A stretch of DNA of 64,000 nt from assembly GCA_905233585.1 (NCBI GenBank), contig CAJOFD010000003.1, positions 4,201 through 68,200 on the forward strand, written 5' to 3'. The notes below the pieces were generated by a model, which was given only the letters and a program-made list of their open reading frames with translations, searched no databases and was not told where the DNA came from. Source of the DNA: an uncultured Bacteroidales bacterium (GTDB taxonomy: Bacteria > Bacteroidota > Bacteroidia > Bacteroidales > WCHB1-69). A program made the translations under genes and the position numbers. Of this stretch, positions 47,875 to 56,131 are shown piece by piece (the stretch's first letter is position 1; every line of letters starts with the position of its first letter).

Positions 47875-48167
47875 TACATTGAAAGCAATTCACAATTAAA
47901 TTGTTTTGCAAAAAAATATTCTATATTGGCACCGTTGCTTTGTTCCCAGCCAGGAAGCATACAAATAGCATCGCAAAACCGCAAGGCGACAATGTCTATT
48001 ATCATGCACAATCCCCATGGCAGCCAAGCAGGACACAAGCGAGTCGGGTTCACCGTCTTGTAACCCATCTCACGTAGTTTTGTCTCACACAATCCAAACT
48101 CCAAACGGACACTAAGGATGTTCCGCCCGCTTATCGCCCCGCTAATATATACGCTTTTTGCTTTCAT
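47874..48167 (-). CDS. DUF4406-like (nucleoside 2-deoxyribosyltransferase-like fold) protein
   Basis: VYISGAISGRN...TVNPTRL...DAICMLPGWEQSNGANIEYFFAKQ matches the DUF4406 pattern as I recall it. Confidence 0.65.
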   Translation of the reverse strand: MKAKSVYISGAISGRNILSVRLEFGLCETKLREMGYKTVNPTRLCPAWLPWGLCMIIDIVALRFCDAICMLPGWEQSNGANIEYFFAKQFNCELLSM

Positions 48168-48835
48168 TACACCTCCGATAAACTCAATGCCAAATCTTCC
48201 CAGCCCTTTTCATCGCTTGTCTTTGTAGAACAGCGAACAAACAACCTGCTGCGGGTAGGGCGGTATGCTTCTCTGATAATTCTTATTCCTTCCATAAATT
48301 CTTCATTCCCGCTCTTTTCCGCTATCTGTCCCAATTGGATTACACGGCTGGCTTTCAGGTTGCCTTTTTGGTCTCTTGCCAACAATCGCAAAACAAGACC
48401 TATCAGTTCCTCGCTTTGTTCGTCTTTTGCAAGACTTTGCAAGTAATCTTTTACCTTTGCAATGCCCTCTTCAACTTGACAAAGATAATTGTCGTTCATG
48501 TTGTAGCCAATGCGAATGCGTTGTGTGCCTTCGCTGTTGGTAAACATAAAGCTGTCTTGTTCTTTCTTGCCTTCGCTTTCGTTTACTTCTTTCCGCAACT
48601 CCATCAGCGTGGAAAAAGTGTCGATTATCTTCTTCTTACATTCTGCTAACTTAGCATTACAAGACTGCAGTTCCTGCACAGCCTCTTCCATCACATCGTC
48701 GGTCATCGCTTGCAATTGCTTTCTTTGTTCTCTTCTTGATAGCATTCGAGCTTGTCGTTCCTGTTCGGCTTTAAATGCTTCAAATTTTGCTTTTTCTTCC
48801 TCGGTCATTGCGACCATTGTTTTTTCTTCGCTCAT
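48167..48835 (-). CDS. phage early coiled-coil protein
   Basis: 222-aa ORF at the position of Mu-like conserved early genes. Confidence 0.45.
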   Translation of the reverse strand: MSEEKTMVAMTEEEKAKFEAFKAEQERQARMLSRREQRKQLQAMTDDVMEEAVQELQSCNAKLAECKKKIIDTFSTLMELRKEVNESEGKKEQDSFMFTNSEGTQRIRIGYNMNDNYLCQVEEGIAKVKDYLQSLAKDEQSEELIGLVLRLLARDQKGNLKASRVIQLGQIAEKSGNEEFMEGIRIIREAYRPTRSRLFVRCSTKTSDEKGWEDLALSLSEV

Positions 48836-48862
48836 TGTTAATATTGTTTTGTTGTTAATATT

Positions 48863-49336
48863 TTAGTTTAAATAAATTCCTTGTTTAATTGATTTTTTTA
48901 CGCACGCCACTCTTTGTTTTTTACAGAACTCAGCGTATATTCTGCTAAGTTCTGCCGGCGACAGCTTATTGAAGTCGTCTTTTCCAGCAGCACGGCAGGC
49001 AATGGCTTTTACATATTCCATAGTCGGCTGCATACCTTGTTGTTCCAAATGGGCGAAAATGGCTTTTATCACCCCTTTACGCTTGCGGTCTATTGTCATC
49101 ACATCGGCACGACCCGCTGCCGTTCTTCTTTCGCGATTCGGATTCGCTGTTTCGCTCAAGAAATCAATAAGAGATTGACATTCGTGCTTGTACATCTCTT
49201 TTGAACGGGTTGTTCTTTGTGCGGTATAGTTCCACACCATGGTCTGCAATGTCTCTTTGTCGATACCCAAGCGACTGCACAGGTAGTGCAACTTTCTGTT
49301 CTGCTCCGGTGTCCGTAAATCGTTATTTTTCATCAT
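48863..49336 (-). CDS. phage early protein, possibly GemA/gp16-like
   Basis: 157 aa. Weak recollection of DUF1018-like features, plus position after the B-like region. Confidence 0.35.
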   Translation of the reverse strand: MMKNNDLRTPEQNRKLHYLCSRLGIDKETLQTMVWNYTAQRTTRSKEMYKHECQSLIDFLSETANPNRERRTAAGRADVMTIDRKRKGVIKAIFAHLEQQGMQPTMEYVKAIACRAAGKDDFNKLSPAELSRIYAEFCKKQRVACVKKSIKQGIYLN

Positions 49337-49946
49337 TTAATCCCCAATACTTTAACGCCAAATCTTCATTTATATCAATATATTTTCCTCCGCCATATCG
49401 ACCCACAGGGAAGCCCCTAAAACCCTCAACACGAATATAAACATTGCTATCTCTCCATATTTTCTGAGCAACGCTTCCTTCAGGTTTGTTGCCATCTATG
49501 TGACTTATATAGATAAATAGTTTGTTGGGGAAACTGTCCTTCAATTGCTTATACTCGCTCCATTTTAACCCTAAAAACTGCACGCTATCGATTATAACCA
49601 CATCTGGACTACTTCGACGAATTAATCGCTCTTCCATTTCTTTCACATCCTCTTTGTCTAAGAGTATAAATCGTCTGCGAACATCTTCCATGTCTGTGCG
49701 TTGAATCGCAGCACGAATACTAAGAGATAAACCCTCTTCGACACTGTTATATGCCACTTTTGCGAATTTGCACATATACTTAGCCATCTGCATTGCAAGA
49801 GTTGTTTTACCATTCTTGGGAGCACCGTAAATTAGCCAGCTCCCTCCCAATTGTGGACAACCAATAGCGTCCAACCACTGCCCATCAAACTGCAGGGTCT
49901 TAAATTTCGCATTAATAACATTTTGAACGCTGTATGCCCTTTTCAT
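49323..49946 (-). CDS. RecA-superfamily P-loop ATPase (KaiC/DnaB-C-like)
   Basis: Walker A YGAPKNGKTT; Walker B VVIIDSVQFL. Confidence 0.6.
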   Translation of the reverse strand: MKRAYSVQNVINAKFKTLQFDGQWLDAIGCPQLGGSWLIYGAPKNGKTTLAMQMAKYMCKFAKVAYNSVEEGLSLSIRAAIQRTDMEDVRRRFILLDKEDVKEMEERLIRRSSPDVVIIDSVQFLGLKWSEYKQLKDSFPNKLFIYISHIDGNKPEGSVAQKIWRDSNVYIRVEGFRGFPVGRYGGGKYIDINEDLALKYWGLNDEK

Positions 49947-50824
49947 TACGCTCTATTTTTGCAGATTTCTTTATATATTCTCCTCAAGCTCGGCATTCCG
50001 TCATCGCCCATTGTCTTACGCAACAACCTGTTAATATCATCTCCGCCATTCGCTTTGATTATCATAGAAGCCGTTGTCTTCATCATTTCCTTGCCGGATT
50101 CGCCGTCTGCGACAACATTGCCATATCTTTTCCCAAATCGTGAGAATATTTCAGTATATCCAACCTTCTTATTATTAATGCTTCTTTGTATCTTTGCCTT
50201 TAATCCGTCTGCCCCCATCATGTACCAGCCACATGCACCCTCTGTTGCGTTCCAGAGTGCCTTTATTTCAAGCCACGCCTCGTAGTGTAAATCGCCAGCC
50301 TCGTCTAATATTATTAAAGGTTTTTCTAATTGCTTTAAATAATATATTGTGTTCGCCTCAACATCGTTTAGTCTTCCAGAACTGTCAAGTCCGAACGCTT
50401 TTGCAATAGTTCTTATTAGCTGTGTTTTCCCTTTTGCAAGACTACAATCTATATAGGCAACATTTTTGTGTGTTTTTGCATAGATTTTAGCTGTCCATGT
50501 TTTACCTATGTCGCTCAAATCGCACAACAAACTACTCAGAGCCTCGTTTTGACATATCTCTAACTGTGTAGTGATAAAATCAAAAATTGGCGTTCTTGCT
50601 GTCTGCCACACTGGAGCATTTCCGATATTAACTTCCAACTGTCTTGCAATCGCAATCCAATTAGTGTCCGATAACACCTGTTCTACGTCGCCATTCTTTA
50701 CCCTGCTGTATTGTGAGCCGCTAATACCTAACCATTTGGCGAACTTGCTGTCGCTGCCACCGAACATGGGGCGATGCTCTTGCATCGCATCAACTATTTT
50801 GTGTTTTAGTTCTTTTGTAATCAT
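49946..50824 (-). CDS. MuB-like AAA+ transposition ATPase with N-terminal HTH
   Basis: HTH FAKWLGISGSQYSRVKNG; Walker A-like LSDIGKTWT; Walker B LIILDEAGD. Immediately downstream of the transposase. Confidence 0.75.
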   Translation of the reverse strand: MITKELKHKIVDAMQEHRPMFGGSDSKFAKWLGISGSQYSRVKNGDVEQVLSDTNWIAIARQLEVNIGNAPVWQTARTPIFDFITTQLEICQNEALSSLLCDLSDIGKTWTAKIYAKTHKNVAYIDCSLAKGKTQLIRTIAKAFGLDSSGRLNDVEANTIYYLKQLEKPLIILDEAGDLHYEAWLEIKALWNATEGACGWYMMGADGLKAKIQRSINNKKVGYTEIFSRFGKRYGNVVADGESGKEMMKTTASMIIKANGGDDINRLLRKTMGDDGMPSLRRIYKEICKNRA

Positions 50825-50848
50825 TGTAAATTGCTATATATATAATTG

Positions 50849-52837
50849 TTATAATAATTCTCGTGCCAATGTTGCAAAATCCGCAGTCTCAAATTCGTCA
50901 CCATCATAATTTAAAGGCTGTTGTGTCTCTACTATCTCAACATCTTCGACGATGTGGTGTCTTTTGTTCATTGTTTTCACTTCAGTTCCGCCAACATGGG
51001 GCAATTGGGAACGTCTTTCTCTTATCATTTTGTCGAATTTTGCAACTCTCTTCTGCTGATGCAGCATCGCTGCTTCGTCTTCTTCTGTACGTTCTATTGC
51101 AAATTCATTGTACCTGTATTGTTCCATATTAAATGCTTCGCCGATGTAGGTATCGCCTTGATATAGATATGCTGTTGTAATGCCACCGTCTTCGTTGGGT
51201 AGCCAATATGCCTCAACTTTTTTTGAATTCGATTTCATTCGTTCAAGGCTCGCAAAATCAGCCAATTCAAAATGCTCGCCTTGCACCATCAGCCTGTTGT
51301 TATTAACTATGCTCGTCGCCGTCTTGTTGCCGATAAAATGGTACAAATACCATGACTCAATAGCCTTCAAGTTCGGATTCGCACGACTCAACAACACGTC
51401 TTTTCTCGTCATACCCGGATACAACTTCTGTTGAGGATGTAATTCGTTGTTGTGTCGTTCGATGTCTTCAATGTCGTCAACGATTATTGTACGCTCAGAT
51501 TGACTTGCTACTGTATAATCGCCGTCAATTTTAGCACGTACACTCTTGTACGCCTCGTGCTTAGCATACCAACGACCGAACGTGTGTCCTGCTTTCTTTG
51601 CACTTCCATACTTCAACGACCTGATATTATGCTCCGCTCTCTTTTCAGTCGCCGAAGAGCAGAATCGAACGAATGGGAACACTGCGTTCAACCAGTCTAT
51701 ATGCTCCATCAAGTGATGTTCCACTTCCAATTCGCCTGGTGTTGGTAAGCCTAATTCAATCAACTCGCAGAACATGTTTCTAAAAGCCTCCAATACGGTG
51801 TCTTCGTTGGGTTTTCCTACTATGTAGGCAGGACGGAAGTAGTAGCCGCTCAACACGTCAACGGCAATGTACTTGTACACCCATTTGCCGTCCTTTGTTT
51901 TGCGTGAAAGAGCCACGTCGTCCATGCTTATCTTGCTTAAGCTGTATTGTCCGAGTTTGCGAACATGTTTTGGTCGGCGACTATTTTGATAGTCAAAATT
52001 GCCGTTTCTGTCCGCATATACCGCTGTACAGTTCACAACATCTTTCAGGTAACCCCATACTGTCGCCTTACTTATAGACAGACTTCTGCCTTTATGTCTA
52101 AAATCTTCAGGTCTGAACAATTCTCCCGTTTCTTTATCGTACAGTTCTCTATCTCCGCTGATAAACTCATTGTACAACTCCCAAACTCGGTCGATAAATG
52201 GTTTATCGTTCGTTCTCCACAACGAAAGTAGTAGATTTTCCATACTAACAGAAACTTTCCTTGTGTTATCGTTTCCAATTTTTCCGCTTATAATACTATT
52301 GTAACCCATTTTTAAAAAAGCTTTAAATATTCTTTCAAAACTTCTTACATTGGTAATTTCGGCACATGGGAACATTCCTCTTTGCTCATTGTACCATTTT
52401 AATGCCTGTGCGTACCATTCTCCGGTTTTGATACGTTTGCCGGTCTTAGCACGCTCTGTTTGTTGTATTTCTAATCCTTTTTTCAACGCCTCCAATAGGC
52501 TTGCTCGGTTAGTATATTGTTCTATTAAATTATGTTCCAACGGAGTTCCATCATTCTTTCTATAAGATATATAGTAAGATTTTGCTTCTTGGCTAATTTT
52601 TGCATTGTAATTAGACGGTTTACTCTCTTCTATAACACCATACGCCGCCTCGATAGCTCTACGCCTATCTGAGCGTCTTATGCTCTTAACATCAATCAAG
52701 GTATTACCACGAATTGACCGATAAGCGATTTTCAACATCCCCCTCTTGCTGTCATGTTCGAACATACTTTTTGTCAACCCGGCAGCCATCCAATCGTTTA
52801 CGCTTATTACTACTGTTCCTCCTACGTTCTTATACAT
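50849..52837 (-). CDS. MuA-like DDE transposase
   Basis: 662 aa. rve-like core ISMDDVAL...YIAVDVLSGYYFRP...KRAEHNIRSLKY. Located between the Ner-like and MuB-like genes next to a phage end. Confidence 0.7.
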   Translation of the reverse strand: MYKNVGGTVVISVNDWMAAGLTKSMFEHDSKRGMLKIAYRSIRGNTLIDVKSIRRSDRRRAIEAAYGVIEESKPSNYNAKISQEAKSYYISYRKNDGTPLEHNLIEQYTNRASLLEALKKGLEIQQTERAKTGKRIKTGEWYAQALKWYNEQRGMFPCAEITNVRSFERIFKAFLKMGYNSIISGKIGNDNTRKVSVSMENLLLSLWRTNDKPFIDRVWELYNEFISGDRELYDKETGELFRPEDFRHKGRSLSISKATVWGYLKDVVNCTAVYADRNGNFDYQNSRRPKHVRKLGQYSLSKISMDDVALSRKTKDGKWVYKYIAVDVLSGYYFRPAYIVGKPNEDTVLEAFRNMFCELIELGLPTPGELEVEHHLMEHIDWLNAVFPFVRFCSSATEKRAEHNIRSLKYGSAKKAGHTFGRWYAKHEAYKSVRAKIDGDYTVASQSERTIIVDDIEDIERHNNELHPQQKLYPGMTRKDVLLSRANPNLKAIESWYLYHFIGNKTATSIVNNNRLMVQGEHFELADFASLERMKSNSKKVEAYWLPNEDGGITTAYLYQGDTYIGEAFNMEQYRYNEFAIERTEEDEAAMLHQQKRVAKFDKMIRERRSQLPHVGGTEVKTMNKRHHIVEDVEIVETQQPLNYDGDEFETADFATLARELL

Positions 52838-52863
52838 ATATATTATTGTTTATTGTGAATTTT

Positions 52864-53034
52864 CTATATGCTTTTTACTTCTACGCCGCCAAGTTGCAAT
52901 GCTCTTTGTCTAATTCGTTTTGCCTTGTCCGTATGTGTCTCATATTTCAATGCTGCAATAATGGTGGGTGTTGTTACACCTACATCCTTCATTATTTGTT
53001 TCATAACACCTCTTTTTACTAATATTTGTCTCAT
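52864..53034 (-). CDS. Ner/Cro-like small HTH regulator (56 aa)
   Basis: My translation (below the track cutoff): MRQILVKRGVMKQIMKDVGVTTPTIIAALKYETHTDKAKRIRQRALQLGGVEVKSI. Divergent from the repressor gene. Confidence 0.55.
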   Translation of the reverse strand: MRQILVKRGVMKQIMKDVGVTTPTIIAALKYETHTDKAKRIRQRALQLGGVEVKSI

Positions 53035-53056
53035 TTTTTTACTTTATTTTTTTTAG

Positions 53057-53092
53057 TATCTTTGTAAGAAATTTTATATTATAAAAATTTCT
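53057..53092. promoter_or_regulatory. divergent immunity-region promoter/operator: TATCTTTG -7 box plus a 9-bp inverted repeat
   Basis: tatctttg at 53057-53064. AGAAATTTT (53067-53075) and AAAATTTCT (53084-53092) form a perfect inverted repeat between the Ner-like and repressor genes. Confidence 0.45.
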
Positions 53093-53149
53093 GCAAATAT
53101 AGTAAAACTTTTCGAGTTTACAAGTATTTTTCGTAATTTTTTTTGAACA

Positions 53150-53503
53150 ATGAAAGATAGATTAAAGAAAATTATTGATTATTATAATATTACACCCAAT
53201 AATTTTTCGCAAAAAATTGGTGTGTCGGAGGGTACTATACGCAAAGTTCTATCGCATAACACCACTTTGAGGAGTGATACCTTGGATAAAATATCGCAAA
53301 ATTTTACGGATATTAGTATTGACTGGCTGGTCTCGGGGCGTGGCGAAATGTTGCGAAAACCCGACAATACAACTAATGAAAATACACTTACAGCCACCAC
53401 AAATGACAACTTGCAGTCTCTTATAGATATGCTTAATCGTACACTTATAGAAAAAGATAAACAAATAGATAGATTATTAACTATAATAGAAAAATTTAAA
53501 TAA
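53150..53503 (+). CDS. phage repressor-like XRE-family HTH protein
   Basis: ITPNNFSQKIGVSEGTIRKVLSHNTTLRSDTLDKISQNF...IDWLVSGRG. Transcribed toward the phage end, like Mu c. Confidence 0.7.
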   Translation: MKDRLKKIIDYYNITPNNFSQKIGVSEGTIRKVLSHNTTLRSDTLDKISQNFTDISIDWLVSGRGEMLRKPDNTTNENTLTATTNDNLQSLIDMLNRTLIEKDKQIDRLLTIIEKFK

Positions 53504-53504
53504 T

Positions 53505-54167
53505 ATGTTAACAGCAAATCCAACAAAAAAAGGTATAGGAATTGAAATTTGGGGAGACTATAATGATTTAGAATGCCTTTACGATGTTATGAGCGTACTA
53601 TCTTTATCTAAATCAGCAACAAACGAAGCAGATTTTGAGCGTAATGAAAGACTGCTCACGATTGTTCCTTATGAAATCAGACATGCATTTCAGGGAGAAC
53701 GGTTAAAGAATAAACATATAGGAAATGGGCATAGTTGCGAAACTTTATATTATGGATTCCGCACTGACTGGATTACTATTCTTTTTACATATTCTGCTTT
53801 ACGATTTAATGCTGCACATACACCAACAGATGCTTTTATTCAAGGATGGTTATATCTGCTTAAACATCAAATAAATAATGCTTTATATATGTATGATGAG
53901 TTGGGGGCAATTGCTATAGAACCTCTGATTGAGCAAGGTCTCAATGTCTCTACAAAATATGTTTACCTACTTCATCAAAACTATGTAGCAAAATACCTCT
54001 CAATGAAATCGGGGAAAAAGCGATTTCGTTCCATACCATTATTATTAACAGACAAAGTACTTGAAAAAGAAATAATCAATAGTATTGATGAATGTATGAT
54101 ATTAGAAAACTGTCCAATTAGTGAAATTGAAAGCACAAGCGAAAATCGTTATCCAGAAAGATGGTAA
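53505..54167 (+). CDS. unknown protein co-transcribed with the repressor (lysogeny cargo)
   Basis: 220-aa ORF starting 2 nt after the repressor stop. AT-rich, with no motif I recognise. Confidence 0.6.
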   Translation: MLTANPTKKGIGIEIWGDYNDLECLYDVMSVLSLSKSATNEADFERNERLLTIVPYEIRHAFQGERLKNKHIGNGHSCETLYYGFRTDWITILFTYSALRFNAAHTPTDAFIQGWLYLLKHQINNALYMYDELGAIAIEPLIEQGLNVSTKYVYLLHQNYVAKYLSMKSGKKRFRSIPLLLTDKVLEKEIINSIDECMILENCPISEIESTSENRYPERW

Positions 54168-54597
54168 TTTTTTTATTAAGTTTTAGATGTTTTTTTACAT
54201 AAAGTATTGAAATATAACGATATAATTATATATTAATATGTCAATTATATGTCAATTATATTCAATTAAAGGGTATCAAACTCGCAAAAAAAGCCGTTTT
54301 TTTGTGCGTTTTTTGCAACTATACCCATATGAACTACACACAAATGACGTAGTTTTTGCCGTAGTTTTGCCGTAACTCGTATTTTTTTTTAATTTTTTTT
54401 AATTTTTCATTTTCGCAGTAATGCGTCTTTATGTGCGTCTGTCTTTCGTTTTTAATGCTTGTTTTTTCTATTTTTTTACGTAAACAAAAACGCACAAAAC
54501 CCCGCAAATACAGTCGTTTGTACGCAATTAAACAAAAATATAAGATTGTTCTAATCCAATTAAAAAAGTCTTTAAAAAAAGCGTTTAAAATCTGCCA

Positions 54598-54630
54598 AAA
54601 ATTAAAGCAAAATTAAAGCAAAATTAAAGA
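54598..54630. repeat. 11-bp tandem repeat x3 (aaaattaaagc) abutting the inner transposase-binding site
   Basis: Read directly; two perfect copies plus one with a single change. Confidence 0.85.
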
Positions 54631-54631
54631 A

Positions 54632-54715
54632 GTTGTACATTTCGTTTTAAATCGGCAAAATGTAACTAATTGTTTTTTAGGCAAAAAATATTTACTACTT
54701 GTACATTTCGTTTTA
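54632..54715. repeat. prophage c-end transposase-binding repeats (2 copies, 66-bp spacing)
   Basis: gttgtacatttcgtttta (54632-54649) and cttgtacatttcgtttta (54698-54715) are reverse complements of the 21030-21074 repeats. Confidence 0.8.
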
Positions 54716-54723
54716 TACCCCAT

Positions 54724-54790
54724 ATATTTGACCAACTTTAAAGGAGAATATTTTAATTTGGTAAAAAATCAATTGGAATTGGGAATTTAA
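54724..54790 (+). pseudogene. displaced 3' end of the C39 ABC exporter gene
   Basis: Joining ...GTHEY at 21019 to 54728 onward reads in frame as GTHEYLTNFKGEYFNLVKNQLELGI*. This is the canonical C-terminus of this exporter family. Confidence 0.8.
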
Positions 54791-54806
54791 ACTAAATAAT
54801 TTTTTC

Positions 54807-54845
54807 AAAAAAGAATTTGTATTATTTTTTTGATTACTTTTGCGA
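54807..54845 (+). promoter_or_regulatory. conserved precursor-peptide promoter block, copy 2 (TACTTTTG -7 box at 54835-54842)
   Basis: aaaaaagaatttgtattatttttttgattacttttgcg; ~34/39 identical to 14402-14440. Confidence 0.55.
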
Positions 54846-54899
54846 TGTTTTTTCATAAAAACAAGCAAACAAAAATTTGATAATTTAAATGTATAACAA

Positions 54900-55186
54900 A
54901 TGGAAAAAATAGATAAATAGATAAATATAAAAATGCAAAATTAGAAAACATGGATGCCATTATAGGTGGGAGGGAAGTTAGAAAATCTTATAATAGCAAT
55001 ACAGACATTCATCATGTTTTGCAAGATAAAACTATTTATAATAATAATGGTTGTATTGTTAAAGTCAAATTATGGGATGAGGGCGTAAAATATGTAGCTA
55101 CATATGCAGGAGATTGTCAGAATGGTTATGACGGCTCTATTCCAAAGGACGGAAATAAAGCAACGAGGGAATATTTTAGTATTTAA
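54900..55186 (+). pseudogene. GG-leader RiPP precursor peptide 2; the leader is interrupted by a perfect 8-bp tandem duplication
   Basis: ATG 54900 reads MEKIDK*. The track ORF frame reads IDKYKNAKLENMDAIIGG-REVRKSYNS.... ATAGATAA is duplicated at 54909-54916 and 54917-54924. Deleting one copy gives MEKIDKYKNAKLENMDAIIGG plus a 71-aa core. Confidence 0.6.
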
Positions 55187-55228
55187 CATAAATTTAATGT
55201 TTTTATTATAAACAGATAGAAGGTAATA

Positions 55229-56131
55229 ATGAGAATATTATTCTTGTCATTATTTTTCTTTATCTTGTGTTTAAAAGATGGACTTTCCCAGTCGGATTAC
55301 CTTACCTATTTCCGATTAAAAAATAAAGCGGAAGTTGCTATTTGTCAAGATCAATATGCCAATGCCTTAAATTACTACAAATTGGCATTTCAAGTAGTGG
55401 ATTTCCCATTATATAAGGAGTTAAACAATGCTTTTATTTGCTCTTTATTAGTGGGGGATACTGTTTATTTATATGATTCCCTATCCATTTATTCGGGACG
55501 CATAGATTTAAATCGTATTGAAAATCAATATTATATTCAATCCTATTCCAATACACAAACATGGAAGCAATTTGTGAAACAAGCAAATATTTATAGAACT
55601 ATTGCAACAAACAGCATCAATAATAATTATATACGGTTATTGGATTCTTTAGATAAAGAGGACCAAAAACCACGTCAGATAGGCATTACGAAAAGAAACA
55701 AAATAGCAAAAATAGATAGTTTAATTGCTATTGCTACAGATCAATTAATGCATTGTTGGGATTATCCTAATGAACGAAATACAGGTCTAAAATATGTAAC
55801 AAACTCTCCGATATGTATTTGGCATAGAATTGATACGACATTCATTAATTATGAATATCAAATGTTGTGTGAGGGGAAAATGGAGCCAGAACTTTATGTA
55901 AGAAAAAAAAGTTATGCTTCCTCAATACAAGTTGTCATGAAAAAATCAATAATAGAGAAAGACAAATATTGTAGACTTTCATTTTCAAAACTGACAACAA
56001 TGGAATTAGAAGAAGTGAATAAAAATCGTTCAGCTATAGGTTTCCCCACTACAGAAGAGTGGAAAATTTTATGCAAAGCACGGAAAGAAAAAACAGAAAT
56101 GGGTTTTATCTTTCATATATTTATACTATGA
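55229..56131 (+). CDS. secreted protein of unknown function in RiPP module 2
   Basis: Signal peptide MRILFLSLFFFILCLKDGLSQ. 300 aa. ATGA-coupled to the ATP-grasp gene. Confidence 0.6.
   Translation: MRILFLSLFFFILCLKDGLSQSDYLTYFRLKNKAEVAICQDQYANALNYYKLAFQVVDFPLYKELNNAFICSLLVGDTVYLYDSLSIYSGRIDLNRIENQYYIQSYSNTQTWKQFVKQANIYRTIATNSINNNYIRLLDSLDKEDQKPRQIGITKRNKIAKIDSLIAIATDQLMHCWDYPNERNTGLKYVTNSPICIWHRIDTTFINYEYQMLCEGKMEPELYVRKKSYASSIQVVMKKSIIEKDKYCRLSFSKLTTMELEEVNKNRSAIGFPTTEEWKILCKARKEKTEMGFIFHIFIL

Larger units (their letters stand above)
21022..54723 (-). mobile_element. Mu-like transposable prophage (contractile-tail), ~33.7 kb
   Basis: Evidence for the Mu-like call:
- MuA-like and MuB-like genes, with a Ner-like/repressor pair next to one end.
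- Terminal inverted repeats of TAAAACGAAATGTRCAA, two copies at each end.
- Flanking ATATTT at 21016-21021 and 54724-54729 (a 5-6 bp target duplication).
- Host ABC gene reading frame restored across the junctions.
- No tyrosine/serine integrase.
- Visibly higher G+C than the flanks. Confidence 0.85.

Noticed and set aside
54181-54631. Possible CRISPR array or coding ORF (54431-54616) in the repeat-rich phage end.
   Set aside because: The repeats are 8-11 bp, tandem, and lack unique spacers of CRISPR size. The ORF is Lys/Phe-rich AT-translation overlapping the tandem repeats.
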